Positions 63,616-64,000 of a DNA stretch of 64,000 nt are shown here, one piece after another. A model generated the notes under the pieces. That model saw only the letters and a list, made by a program, of their open reading frames with translations. It did not search any database and was not told the DNA's origin. The first letter of the stretch is position 1. Each line of letters opens with the position of its first letter. The DNA is from an uncultured Bacteroides sp. (GTDB taxonomy: Bacteria; Bacteroidota; Bacteroidia; Bacteroidales; SM23-62). The position numbers and the translations under genes are program-made. Where the stretch lies: positions 1,455 through 65,454 of the forward strand of contig CAZVLG010000174.1 of NCBI GenBank assembly GCA_964627835.1, read 5' to 3'.

Positions 63616-64000
63616 ATGGATATTTATTACCGAAAACAACGATGGAAACTATACCTGTTTCTGTTTGCCGCTATCATAGGAGTAGGATCCCTCCTGTATA
63701 CCAACCGGCTGGTAAAAGTACTTGCCCTGGAAGAAAAAAAGAAAGTAGAATTGTGGGCCGAAGCCACCCGTCAGCTTGCCGATATCAACCTGACCGGTCA
63801 GGATTTTGGTTTCCCCCTGCATGTGGTGCAATACAACACTACCATTCCGGTGATACTGGTTGACCAGGATGAAAATATCATAGAGAAAAGAAACCTGGAT
63901 TCCCTGAAAATGAAAAATCCGGAATACGTGAGGAGGCAGCTGCAGAAAATGAAAGATGAGAACCTACCCATAGAGGTGGATCTGGGGGACGGCCTGGTGC
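63616..64000 (+). CDS. membrane protein, 3' end beyond window (possibly the N-terminus of a sensor histidine kinase)
   Basis: The ATG at 63616 opens a frame with no stop to the window end, so it is absent from the ORF track. MDIYYRKQRWKLYLFLFAAIIGVGSLLYTNRLVKVLALEEKKKVELWAEAT gives one TM helix followed by a soluble domain. The kinase guess comes from remembered N-termini of Bacteroidota sensor kinases. Confidence 0.55.
   Translation, partial: MDIYYRKQRWKLYLFLFAAIIGVGSLLYTNRLVKVLALEEKKKVELWAEATRQLADINLTGQDFGFPLHVVQYNTTIPVILVDQDENIIEKRNLDSLKMKNPEYVRRQLQKMKDENLPIEVDLGDGLV

Noticed and set aside
1-64000. Scan for tRNA, rRNA, transposase, integrase, phage, toxin-antitoxin or known defence-system genes
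   Set aside because: No intergenic region other than those listed exceeds about 110 bp. None of the gaps shows a cloverleaf-like pattern or rRNA-like sequence. No ORF shows DDE, tyrosine- or serine-recombinase, nuclease-helicase or other defence-type motifs that I could recognise by eye. A covariance-model and HMM scan would be needed to confirm absence.

Overview
Densely packed chromosomal segment of about 57 protein-coding genes with little intergenic space. Gene content and promoter motifs point to a member of Bacteroidota: DUF4271-HemD-RnpA and Dut-TPR-DUF4292-M23 neighbourhoods, MORN-variant repeat proteins, an ~800-aa double-FtsX permease, and recurring TAnnTTTG -7 boxes. Most genes are housekeeping: ruvB, pheS, dut, ybeY, mnmG, apt, uvrC, polA, rnpA, deoC, dtd, queD, pepE. 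Accessory modules: (i) an alpha-2-macroglobulin with intact CIEQ thioester paired with PBP1C (24.2-32.3 kb). (ii) A carotenoid cluster (41.0-45.8 kb): a DUF422/CruF-like gene divergent from crtI-crtB-unknown-crtZ-fused crtYcd, with a palindrome in the shared promoter region. (iii) A secreted ankyrin-repeat/Shelph-type metallophosphatase. (iv) A TetR-controlled ABC exporter operon (47.7-56.9 kb) with no HlyD/MacA or TolC gene. It encodes a LolA-fold periplasmic protein, a dedicated beta-barrel, a signal-peptide DsrE-like protein and an internal 52-bp tandem repeat, and is the best candidate here for an uncharacterised system. (v) An ECF sigma/anti-sigma/beta-barrel triad followed by a decayed ThiF/MoeB remnant. 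I saw no rRNA, tRNA, CRISPR array, transposase, integrase or phage genes. All functional calls rest on motif recognition by eye in the translated ORFs; no database search or structure prediction was run.
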